The translations under genes and the position numbers were made by a program. Positions 37,001 through 48,340 of a DNA stretch of 64,000 nucleotides are shown here, in pieces (within the stretch, counting starts at the first letter, position 1; each line of letters opens with the position of its first letter). A model generated the notes under the pieces. It was not told where the DNA came from, ran no database searches, and saw only the letters and a list, made by a program, of their open reading frames with translations. Source of the stretch: Fimicolochytrium jonesii (lineage: Eukaryota); assembly GCF_025526975.1 (NCBI RefSeq), contig NW_026515688.1, forward strand, positions 248,001-312,000. Direction: 5' to 3'.

Positions 37001-38416
37001 ATGAGAACGGAGCGAAAGGAGATATTGGCGACGCGAATCAAGGCGGTGTGGAAGGGCAGTAAGGATAGGAAGTCTCTTGCGAAGGAGAAGAAGAAGGTAG
37101 TGAAGTTGCAGGCGTATGCTAGGAGGCAATTGGTGGGTTTCTGCGTGAATCAGTTGTCACTTCAATAAGCAAAGGCTAATTAATGTTCCGGGTTGTAGGA
37201 GGCAAAGCGGTACCAGAAGATGAAGGCGTCGGCTCTTACCATTCAACGGCATGCTCGGGGGTATAGGGTAGGCTTCTGATCTGTTCTTAAAGGCACTTAC
37301 AACGACGCATGGGAGCTAACTCACCCTCGCAGGCGCGTAAAAACTACAAAGGAATGAAACGGACGTTACCAAAATATGCCGTCGTCCCCATCCAGCGCGC
37401 ATGGCGGGTGCACGCTGGTCGCAAATGGTTGAAGAACGTTGCCATCGTCGCCAAGGAGGCAGCGGAAGAGTGGAAAAGCTGGGAGAGCTGGCCGGCTTTG
37501 AAACTCAAGAATGGAAAGGTTACCCGCGAGACTGTTCAACTCTGGGCCAGGAGGATCCATGTATGTTATCTTAGAATGGTAGGGTGTGGTGCAAGCCGTA
37601 CTAATTCAGATTCCTTATATACTAGGCGAAGCGGTTCCAGGCTAAGCTGACGTACGAGGACAAGGAGAAATTGCACTGGAAAGCTACTGCATTTGAGCAT
37701 TTCCAAAAGAAAGCAACCTTCCGGGATGTTATCAGCAAGCCTTTTGTCCTTGACCATCTCGGATACACAACGGACCCAGTTCTCAAGATGAAATGGGCGA
37801 CCATATCCCCAGGTATGCTAGCCATGTTTTGAGTATTGTCCGGGATATCATCACTGACTCTTCGCGCTAATCAACTTTTCGGCAGATCCTATCATTTCCG
37901 CGATCACCGCAACCAAGCTGCACCGGCACAATCCCGGCAAAACGGCCCAACGCATACTCATTCTCACAGCAACCCGGCTCTACGCGCTAGATCCCAAATC
38001 ATCCGTCGTGAAAGAAAGCCCGACGCTCGAAGAGATTGTCGGCATTTCCGCATCTCTGACCGCGGATGGGATTATGATCCTGCACTGTCCGGGGGCGGAG
38101 AAGGGCGACATTATCCTGCGGAACGATGAGCATTTGATTGAGTTCTTGAGTCGGTTGGTTATTGCGGTTGCGGCTAGAGGCAAAGCGCCCAAGGTTATTG
38201 TGGACAACAGGTGAGGCACATCAGGGCATATGTTACTGAGGACTGTGCTCATATCGACTTTGTCTTCCATTTTTCAGGTTAAGCGCTAGTTTCGCGAAAG
38301 GCCAGAGCATCATTTTGGCGTTTCAGACGGGTCCGCAGCTAGAACAAGTGACGATCAAGAAGGCCAGCGATGCATGGCATGTGGCTGTCCCCACATCCAT
38401 ACAGCCTGCTTCATGA
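34058..38416 (+). CDS. MYO1: Class I myosin, short-tailed (motor + IQ motifs + TH1-like tail, no SH3/acidic tail), multi-exon
   Basis: [106 protein letters not shown] and [10 protein letters not shown]. Several IQ-like motifs and a TH1-like tail (KGDIIL, EFLSRL) end [11 protein letters not shown]. Confidence 0.9.
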
Positions 38417-38828
38417 ATACTTCACGTAAGAATTTTTAGGTAGTAAGTATGGTAGAACAGAGTAGACAAAACCTAATGAGCGGTCTCGTGATAATGGACA
38501 GCGGTCGTCATATGTAATGGGAGATCATTTAGATTGTGTAGTGAGACTCATTTTGTCGTAATCAACGTTATGCGTGATTGTGAACATCGGTTCATTCTCT
38601 CTACCGCCATCCCTAGTTTTTGCTCAAGGTAAGGTAAGACTTCCGTTTCTACTCGCATCACAACTGTTGGCCGACGAGAGGACGTGCGTAAGAACCATTT
38701 TGATTCAAGAAACCGTAGGCGATTATTCGAATTTGCATCTCACAATTACAAAAATGCGTATTCACAAGATATCAAACTGCGTACACCCAAAAATGGCGGG
38801 CTACGAAAAGATACCCAAGCTTCTGGTT

Positions 38829-39245
38829 TCAGATGGTGCGTTCGGGGTTGCCGGTGTTCACACCCGAGAGCTTGTTTCCGGGCTAAATTCAGATCAACCG
38901 GAAAGACAAAAGTTAGAGCCACTTCAACTATTCCGGGGCCTCGAAGCAGAAGTACATACCGCAGCATCAGGAGATTCGGGCGTATTGCCCTGAACCTTGT
39001 CCCAAACCTTCTGAATGGGGCCCTTGTGCTCCTGGGCAGTGTTCCGGCCGATCGCGTCGTCGGCATGGCCGGTTGCCTTTTCCTTTTGCTGCTCAACGGT
39101 GCTTTTCATGCTGTCGGGCTTCGCAGCCTCACCAAGGTGAGTGGAGATGTCTTGAAGCGTATGACGTCGTGAGAAGATGGGAATTGATCACCGGGGAGCC
39201 TGTAACGGATCATACACACTTACCTTTGCGGGGAAGGTCGCTCAT
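38829..39245 (-). CDS. HSP12: Hsp9/Hsp12-family small hydrophilic stress protein, 3 exons (not shown intact in the ORF track)
   Basis: Spliced MSDLPRK|DISTHLGEAAKPDSMKSTVEQQKEKATGHADDAIGRNTAQEHKGPIQKVWDKVQG..., matching Hsp12 MSD.GRK...KPDSQKS..EQ.KE..T..AD. TATAAA lies on the minus strand at ~39361-39366. Confidence 0.82.
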
Positions 39246-39399
39246 GTTGCTTTGGTTGTTGCTGAAATATGGAAGCTGCAGTGATGATATATGTTTTGGT
39301 TTGAGGTGATGGCGACGTGGTGCTGGATATTTGTGGGCGTTCCTCCTGTGCGGTCCGTCTTTTATAGACGCAGAAGTGGTCTCAAACTCCGGAGCGTCC

Positions 39400-39498
39400 T
39401 TGGTAAAGGTCTCTGGCGTCATTGCTTATTAGTTTTCCTCGCATGACGCTTTGGAAGAAGGTCTCTGGCGTCATTGTTATTGTTTGTCCTGACATGAC
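39400..39498. repeat. Imperfect ~51-bp tandem duplication in the Hsp12 promoter
   Basis: Exact 19-mer AAGGTCTCTGGCGTCATTG at 39406-39424 and 39458-39476, with similarity continuing through the flanks. Confidence 0.85.
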
Positions 39499-40590
39499 TT
39501 GGAGGAAAAAGAGACGCGGGAAGCAGTGCCGTCTGCGGAGAGTCGCCCCGTCGCGTAAAGCAGGCGTCACACGTCAAATGACGGGAAAGCGACAGCGCGC
39601 TTGCCCACTGTCACAAGCATGTCAAATCCAAGGTCGTGATTGTTCCGCGCGTGTCCGTACTGTACCCGTTCGGCATCAGCGCACGATTCGAATTTGCAAA
39701 TTGATAATGCCAATCGAGCTTATGTGACACCCTTGCGACATGGGTAAAAGATGAAGGGAGAAGGAACCATCTGTCGCGTACGAAATCTGCGCTCATGCGA
39801 AATGGAAGACAGCTTAGCTCGCAAAGTGGGACTGGAGCCCAACGGATCCACGTCCTCTTCCGCATAGATAATGGCAATATGAGGGCAATGCGATAGATTA
39901 TAAGACTGTACCCATGTATCGAAAATATGCATGGAAGGAGATTTCGTTCACATGAACGGGAAGCGACTTCCATTAGCCCGCGGTAACGCCCAAGAACCCG
40001 TTGTTCTCATATTTCTTTCCGGCCCTGTTATTTGCATGATCCTGCACCTCGAACACCCCCCGGAGAATACCGCCCGGAGGTCCCTAAGAATACTACGTAC
40101 TGTATTTTTCGGCCTTTCTGGGAGCCTTTTGCGCGTTGTGGCCGTTGTGAGCGTTGTGAGCGTTGCCACCAATCAGCGACGGGTTTTCGTGAATCATGAA
40201 ATCCTTACTGGCCGCCTGTGGCATAATACAGGACGCGTTTTGATTAGATTGCGCCTCGTTGCTAATGTAAATCGCAGCTCCCGTCTCAAAGGTCAATCTG
40301 CAGCCTCTGAGAGTTCCGTCAGAGGCGTGCTTGCACACGCAGCCTACGCAGGAGGCTGTGGTCGGTTATGTTTGTAGCGCTTAGGTTGGGTTGCCGTTAG
40401 TACTGTAGTTACCGCTGTTCGGGTGTCATCGGGGAACGAGTTCGCGAGGCTTTCTACGTATGCAAAGCTGTACAAGGGAGAGGGGCGCATATATACGCAG
40501 ATCTTCAGCCCTCCTTCCCTCGCAGGGGGACTAGTGTTCCAGCATCTCGCCTGTCCATATCTCAGGAGTAAACACCGAACTTCAGCAAAG

Positions 40591-42895
40591 ATGTTCACCG
40601 TTTACGATGTGCTCCTCACGATCTTCAGCCTCGCTATGCGAAGCTTCTTCCGGGAGGTGAAGACTCGGGGCTCCCACAAGATCCCAAAGACGGGCCCTGT
40701 CATCTTTTGCGTCGCACCGCACGCAAACCAGTTCGTGGACCCGGTGATGCTGATTACAAAGTGCGGGAGGAAGGTCGGGTTCCTGGCCGCGAAGAAAAGC
40801 ATGGACAAGCCACATATTGGAATTCCTGCCCGTATCGTGGGAGCTAGTAAGTTTGGGTGATGATAAGTCGTACGGTGAACCTTGCCCAACAAGATGCCGA
40901 TTCTTACACCATTCCTCGTCTAGTTCCTGTCGTTCGTCCTCAAGATTTGGCAAAGAATGGAAAGGGAAAGCTTATTTTCGACAAGACCAAACCAACCGTG
41001 TTTAGGGGAGAAGGAAGTGAGTGTGGATGCGGATGTAGATACGGTTCGAGAAGATGCCGGAGGACTGACCGCAACCGTCGCAGCCGCCTTCACAGAGCAG
41101 GTGCAACCCCGTACGATCATCAAGGTCGCTGGAGAGAAGGGCGAATACGAAGTATCAGAGGTCATATCCGATACCGAGGTCCGTCTAAAGTCGGCAGTCA
41201 CGAATGAAGCATTACTCGCAACCGAATCCGTTGGGCTAGCATACAAAGTCATCCCACACGTTGACCAAAGTGACATGTTCGACGCTGTAACAGAACGATT
41301 GATCGCGGGAGGTTGTGTGGGTATCTTCCCGGAAGGTGGCTCCCACGATCGCCCAGAGCTGCTACCCCTGAAGGCTGGTGTGGCGATGATGGCTCTTGGC
41401 ACCATGGCCAAGGACCCGTCGGTCAACGTGAAGATCATTCCCGTCGGCTTGAACTACTTCCACGCCGACAAGTTCCGGTCCCGCGCTGTCATCGAGTTTG
41501 GCGATCCACTTCACATATCACCAGACTTGGTGCAAAAGTATAAGAATGGAGGCGCAGATAAGCGTACGGCGATTGGCACACTTCTCGACACCATATTCGG
41601 CAGTCTGACCTCCATCACCACCACCGCACCCGATTACGATACCCTCATGGTGGTGCAAGCTATGCGCCGTCTTTACAAACCCCAGCACAAGCGTCTGTCC
41701 ATTGACGAGAATCTGCAGCTGTCACGGAAGATCACGGAAGCGTACTTGAAGTACCGCGACCACCCCGATATCATTGAGCTTACGAAACGAGTGACGCAGT
41801 ACAACCGCATGTTGTCATACTATGGCATCCGCGATCACCAGGTCAAGCGGACGGCCGTCAACCGGGTCTTGGCTATCACCAGATTGGTCACCCGCGCCCT
41901 CGAATTGCTCTTTCTGGTTGTTTTGGGATTGCCTGGGTATGGATGGCCAGCGGAGCAGGGTTTCCGGATCTCATCATGCATGTCTAATACTGATGTCATT
42001 ACAGGGCCATTCTGAGCGCCCCGATTTGGTACACGGCCAGACGGGTTGCCTCTGCTAAGATGGTTGGTGAGTACACACTGCGATGCCAGGTTTAATCGTT
42101 CCCACAGCGTCCGTCCAGTTTGATTGTAATTAACCCCACGTACCGCATTTATAGAAGCAAAAGCGGGCAGTAATGTTAAAATTTGGGGAAAAGACGTTGT
42201 GGCCACATGGAAAGTTCTCACAGCGCTCGCATTAGTACCGATCATGCTCACATTCTACACGGTATGAACGGGAATCGCACTATTGCGTCCGCTGTTTCCA
42301 AAGCGGAAATACTTACCCTTTCCATCGCTTTTTCCCACAGGCCTCCACGTACGCCATCACTCGCCTCGTTCTATCCCTCCCTCCGAAAGTGTGCCTCATC
42401 TACACCTCCATCGCCGCCATCGTCCTCCCCTCCCTGGCCTGGGCGACCATCCACTGCTATGATCACGGCGCCGACATCGCCAAATCACTACGCCCACTCT
42501 GGATGGCCGCCATCGCCGGCTCGCACGCGCAACCCCTTCGCGACCTCCGCCTCGAACTGCAGGAGTTCATTGCGCGCATCGTCAGCGAGCTCGGCGCCGA
42601 GATGTTTGGCGTCGGGTTCGAAGACTCGCGGATCGTCCGCGCTGAAGACGTTGAGTACTCCCTACGCATGGAACGATTGAGGCGGCTGAGGACGCTGAGC
42701 AATGAGAGTGGACGGTCCCGATCGGATTCTGGGGACGGGGCGGATTTCCGGTGGGAAGATGTCGACTCGCCGGATGACGTGGATGATGTGTTTGTCTTCG
42801 CGAAGAATGAAACGCCCGTCGGGAAGACGGACGGTGTACAGCCTACGTTGTCTGGTGATACCTCCAGAGCCAGACCGGCGAAGAGCAGCTCATAG
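40591..42895 (+). CDS. SCT1: Glycerol-3-phosphate/DHAP O-acyltransferase (Sct1/Gpt2 family), multi-exon
   Basis: FFREVKTRGSHKIP, APHANQFVDP (HX4D), PVVRPQD, GIFPEGGSHDRPELLPLKAG, PVGLNYFHADKFRSRAVIEFG and DVVATWK. Confidence 0.9.
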
Positions 42896-43139
42896 CACGC
42901 CTTGTAGTTCAGACGGTATATAGTCTCCCCGCTGCGTGCTTTTACAAGTGTCATCGTAGAGCATCACGTTTCTTTTTGCATAGAAAGACATGAGGTTACG
43001 ACTTCATCATTCGCTCATAATACAGTTTTACGGTTATGTACTTTCCATCGAACCAGAATGACTATGCTTATCCCTGTAACTAAATTGCACGATATTGTTG
43101 TGCGCACAAAGGCCGGCTCCTCTGCTACTAGTAATGAAA

Positions 43140-46139
43140 TCAATGCAACCGATGTTTCCGATACGCAAACGTTCTCCCAGCTTTATTCGATCCCGCTCCC
43201 TGTATGGCCCGGTCGCCTACGCCACCCATCTCACTCACTCCCCGCTCCTGTTCTAGCGACGCACTAAAATAGGTATCCTCCGGTGCAAAGTATAAAGACA
43301 TCCCTTGTTGTTCCAGATGTAAATGCTCATCACCTTCCTCTTCAATCATGTCGAGTTGGTCTTCCGGGTGGTATGCCGAGTCCACAAAGTACTCGCTGCC
43401 GCTGCCAGGGTCCATATAAGGATTGTAAGCGTCCGCGCGGTGCAGGTCATACGCATGGTCATCGAACCAAGGCCCGTTTCCAGGATTCTGGTGGTTGTCG
43501 TAGAGAGGATCTCCACCGTCCCACTCGGTGCCAACCTGCGAGTCCTTCATGCCCACAACCGAAGTGACGTTTGAGCCCATCGGGTATGCAGTTTCATCGT
43601 CGTACATAACCGCATCGGTGTGGTATGCCGGCAGAAACTCTTGTTCATCGTAGGAGTTCAGCAGTGAGGTGACGCCGACAGAATCTGAAATGCCATGAAT
43701 ATGCTCATCGTATCCACCAGAATGGCCAATCCCATCTGCAGTGCTGACGATGTGTGCGTCCAGGAACATGTTGACGTGCCCACTGTGTCTGTGCGGGCCG
43801 TGCGGATCGACCATATCATGATCAGTGTGGCCGCCTGGGTAGGTGTTTGCGCCGGAAGGCTTGCGATCAGATCTGCGACGAGATGGTTTGAAAAGACCAG
43901 AGACTAGGTCAGAAGCTGCTTTTCGTGAGGTTTTGCGCTTTGATGCTTGTGGCATGGAATCCAGTATGTGGTTTGAGCTCATGGGCCTTTTCGACTGTCA
44001 GAGCCAAGTTGTTAGTGTGGCTATCATCGGAGATGGAGTGATACTACTTACCTTCCGAACGTTAATCGAATGTTCTTTCGATGAATCGTCGAACAAGATG
44101 ACGACATCGGTTTCACCAAAGCCTTCTTTGCGCTTTCCCTGGCCTTCCCCGGCGGACCTGGGAACAGCGACAGAATCTATTTTTTGTGAGTCACTCCGCA
44201 AGTGGTCGCTTCTATGCCCTGGCGAGAAGTATTTCTCTGCCAGTTTCTGGATCCGATCGATGTCAGCTCAGAGGACTTTGCCAAGAGAGCAGTTCGCCGA
44301 GAATACCTTCTTCCGTGGGTCGCTCTCGATGACGACTTCAACCTTATAAGCTGCGCAAAGGTTTAGCGCTGGTACGAGGAGGGAAGAACAGCCACCCTTA
44401 CCTTGTGCTGGCCTCCGCTTCGGTGGTGACGGTGTCGTCTGCATGCACAATGTGAGTGGTTATATCTTTAAAAGTGGAAAATTCATGTCCTTACGTTTGC
44501 GACCCCAACTCCTGATTCCAACCCACAGTCGATCTCCACCGGCGAGGGCGGGTCTGGGTCTTCGGCGTGACTGACGAAAGAGGTCCCCGCGTCCACCTCC
44601 GTCATTGTTCTCTTCTGTGCATTGCTCGTCTACGGCCTCCGTGGTCAGCCTATGGATCACGAAAAGCCTTTCGAACAATGAGAGGATACCTCTTTCGGTC
44701 GCTTCGCGAGAGCAGCAGGTTGCTGTTGAAAGTAGTCAGAGATCATAACTCCAGTTTCTACCGCAGGTTTGCGCGGGGCATGTGCCAGACGAGTAGGGTG
44801 ATCCGCCAAAAATTCCGCTTCGTCGAAAGCGAGGTTCCCAACTTTCCCGGCATGTAAATCATTAAAGGAGCACCGGCAAACATTGGTAAGAATCGTCTCA
44901 CCTCTCCCCAGGTGTACTTTCTCAGATCGAACTCCTTTGTTGAACATGCCCAGCCGTCTCTGCGAGTCGTTCGCTTTTCTCTGTGCATGTACAAGTCAGC
45001 GCCTGCTTCAGACGTTTCATCATAGTATCCTCCACATACCGTAAGCCTGCCTCTGGTCACTTGATCCGAGTGAAAAGTCTAGAGCCATCGCCGGTCAGTA
45101 AATATGAACGCCAGTAAGTAGTTCAGGGTATATCGAAACATACCTCCATCACTTTGGTCGCCAGAGCATTTCCTTTCTTTCTATCCGCCTTTCCAACCTT
45201 CTCGCCTCTGGCCGCCTTCGTTTCTTTGATGGTCTTCTTAGTCGACTTCTTCAAAACTTTGAACGCATCGTTTTCACTGGAGATGTTACTTGTCGTCTCC
45301 GAACCGAACTTCCGCTCCAACTTCTGCGGAATCTTTCCCGTGATTTTGTTCTTGCTCGGTTTCTGATTTACTGATGACTCGAGAGGATCATCAATCACCG
45401 TCGAGCTTGGTTTTCCACGTTCTAATCCCTTTGATAGACGCTTTGCCTTGTTCCGCTCTTCAGCTGGAACCAGCGCCAAGGGCTCGCGACGCGGCGAAGC
45501 AGGTACGGGTTGCGGTTGTGCAATCTCTACATCCTCTGGGGGCAATTCATGTATTGGAATCGGCTCTTCAACGTGTTCTAAATGCGCCGACTCCATCGTT
45601 TCCTGCTCCAGCCTCTCCATTTGCTCCACTTGCAGTTGCTTCTTCGCCCGAAGATTGCTGGGGCGTAAGGGTGAAATTCTAGATGAATACGGCGAAGATG
45701 ATGATTTCGTTGCCTTCCGGCCTTTCCTGGTTTTGCTGGACCATACGCAGCGTTTCAGCGCTGAGAAATTCCACGCTGGTCGGGAAAACGGGCTGCCATG
45801 ACTGACCTCACGCTACTTAGAATCGACCCATCTTTTCCTTTCATCGCATGCACTTTCTTCGATTTCCCAGCAGTCGGACATGCAGCCTCGAGCTCCAGGG
45901 ACGGTATTGTTGCCGGTCGGTCCGGCGGACGCGGTTTCACCAGGTCACTCTGCTGCCTTACATAGTCCAAGATGAAGGATAGATGCTCTTGTTTGTCCAC
46001 TTGTATACGCGCAACATTGGCTTTCGAAAGCGGTTGCACCTGATGGGACTCGGGTTTAGCAGGTCTACATCGCATACACCCAGGAACCCTCACTGCCTAC
46101 CTTGTGGGTATCACGATGCCCACCATCCTGAGGTTCCAT
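43140..46139 (-). CDS. Hypothetical multi-exon protein, largely low-complexity (Lys/Glu-rich middle, Asp/His/Tyr-rich tail)
   Basis: Co-oriented ORFs (45755-46093, 45123-45629, 44657-45060, 43998-44201, 43140-43982) joinable by GT-AG introns. Start at 46139 is tentative and no family was recognised. Confidence 0.55.
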
Positions 46140-46515
46140 GTTTGAAGTTCCGCGCTTTGGACTGGATATTCAGTGCGGAGTCCCGTTGCTTGGAAGACGA
46201 TGATGCAACGTGGACCGCCCAACTACTCGCTCACTGTATTTGAAGCTATTGAGCAATGTTGGCAGTCCCTTGTGATGCAGCTTGTGATGAAGCGTGGGAA
46301 AAACGCGAGTTCAACGGTCATCGCGCGGACGTCACAGGCATCACAGGTTCGTCTCACTACATATACAGTACTTTCCCATGCCGAATAGGAAAACACCATA
46401 ATAGAGATACTGTACATCAGAGTACCTTAGATCCGCAGAGGCCTGCTTCATTCGGTCAGGACTGTGGCATGCATACATAGAGGAGGATACATGCCAGAGT
46501 CTTTCCCTGAGAGGT

Positions 46516-47070
46516 CTACGAAAGGGACTGGCGAGATGGGTTCAAACAGCAAGTGACATACCTGAGGTAGTCGCGGGACAACTGGGCATTGGCTCGCAAA
46601 CACCTCAGGCCGGTCATGTACTGTCTCCGTGGGGCCTTTTCCACATGAGCGGATATTACGGCTAAGCTCATGATGATAATCAAGAAAGCGAGATGTAAGG
46701 GTTGCAGCGTTGTCATTGATTCAAACATCCACCTCGACAAACCCACTGCCGCCGCCGCCGTGCGATCCCAACTGCGAAAGTCAGTCTGCCACCTCTTTTG
46801 CGCCAACGCTCTTTTGAGAATGCCTATTCCCGCTTCAATTCTGCACCCAACAAACTCACCAGCGCGATGGATAACCCTATTTGCCCTGGAACGGCCGAGA
46901 CCTCCCGAGATCTTTCCTTCACTTGTTGTAAGCTTGGCATAGATTGATTTTCTCATTGTTTTCATCGATTTGAGTGCGTGGTGTACCGAGAACCTCTGTT
47001 ACCATCCCTCGACATCAACACCAATTGCAATGCCCTGGTTCCCTGAGAATGGTGATCTAATAGACAGCAT
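46516..47070 (-). pseudogene. Degenerate transposase-like relic (possible BED-finger/hAT)
   Basis: Stop-interrupted frames HCNWC*...VLGTPRT...NLCQAY and GLSRWMFESM...LRANAQLSRDYLR are loosely hAT/BED-like. The region lies in a 2.2-kb gene-free gap next to a MITE. Confidence 0.3.
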
Positions 47071-47247
47071 TGAGATTGCCAACCTGACCCCTTGGTCCAG
47101 AGTGATAGATCGTTAGGCAATACTTCGTGGTAGTCTTCATGACCACATACAGGTGGTAACGACGTCTTTTGTTGTTGTCAGCTGCGAGATGACTGTCAAC
47201 TTCGTCATTTTCCATGGTCTGCATTTGAAGTGAATAATAGGTATGAA

Positions 47248-47508
47248 CCGGCCGGGGGGCGTGACTAGAAATGGGTAACTCGTGCTAAATGTGGGTAGCT
47301 CACCTCCAGAATAAGACTTTTTTACAGCCGAAGTGAACCATTTGATCAACAGACCTAACCCTTTTGCCTTCGGTGAGTCGGCCTTACCCGGCCTCCTACA
47401 ATCAGGGACTACCCGCTCCGCTCGGCAACTGTCTAACTAGTTTAACCCTAACCCGAGTTACTCGCATTTAGCAACGAGTTACCCACTTCTAGTCAATCCC
47501 CTGGCCGG
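47248..47508. mobile_element. MITE-like non-autonomous DNA transposon (261 bp, ~55-bp imperfect TIRs)
   Basis: Left end CCGGCCGGGGGGCGTGACTAGAAATGGGTAACTCGTGCTAAATGTGGGTAGCTC versus reverse complement of right end CCGGCCAGGGGATTGACTAGAAGTGGGTAACTCGTTGCTAAATGCGAGTAACTC. No clear TSD. Confidence 0.8.
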
Positions 47509-48340
47509 GCTGGGACTGACACACCACCTGGATTAGTGATGTGAGTTGTTGGACTGTATAGTATATACAGCCTTTGGAACTGGAAAGTAGCATCCATCGT
47601 CGGCGGGTCCATCTGATCATTGATGTCTGCATCTGGTGTCATGAGGCTTGAGTGTGCGCGTTGGGATGATTCCAGTTTGGAAGGACGAATCCAGTGATTG
47701 AGAACATTCTCGATTCCTTGCCTACAACCCGGGACATAAACCGGAGGCTCCTCGTTAAGGGTCAGCAATAAGTGCAATAAGTGTGGGCTAAGTAGTAGGT
47801 GTAGTTCTTTGCGGGTTCTTTGCGGCACGGTGTGTCATGCTGACTCGGCAACACGCGCATTATGCATACGTATAGCACTGCCTCTGCTCGGGTCTTCCCT
47901 TCTGGGTAATATCCGCACGCATACATACAGCACAGTACTCAATAGAGGGTGGACTGAGGACTCCCTTTCCCACCGTGACCGGCAAAAGCTGGGCCCAACT
48001 TGCCTTTGTGCAAGCAAAGCTGCGACAGTCAAGGCGCGCGGGCAAAGTAGAAACCGGACGACGGCTCCGGGAGTTGTCTAGAACGAGCATAGACCCCCTT
48101 GAAGACAAGGTTAAGGTTGAGTGTAGGCCTATCTAAAGCACGGACTGCTGCCTTTGTGTACCGCCGGACAACAGTTCGTTCGAACCGTCGAAGCCACGGG
48201 GCGAGAGGTATGTGGATATCTTCCGCGCCGCTGGCCAGTGCTTATATGCACTGGGGATGCCGAGGCGCATTCTTATACTCTACGACCAGCGACACTAATT
48301 CTCGAGTTGTACTCGTCCTTTCGCGTAGCAGCCGTTCGCA

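Noticed and set aside
39400..39500. Direct repeats with intervening sequence resembling a CRISPR array
   Set aside because: Only two copies, the spacers are also similar to each other, the context is eukaryotic, and there are no cas genes.
40135..40166. Short 9-bp repeat (CGTTGTGAG-like) upstream of GPAT
   Set aside because: Only 3-4 degenerate copies, consistent with ordinary slippage.
44247..44306. In-frame TGA (44268-44270) between two coding-like stretches, suggesting selenocysteine or readthrough
   Set aside because: It falls inside a 60-nt GTATTC...GCTGAC...CCAG intron, and splicing removes it.
47455..47493. Helitron-like 3' end (hairpin then CTAG|T)
   Set aside because: The same sequence is mirrored at 47263-47301, so it is better explained as one arm of a terminal inverted repeat.
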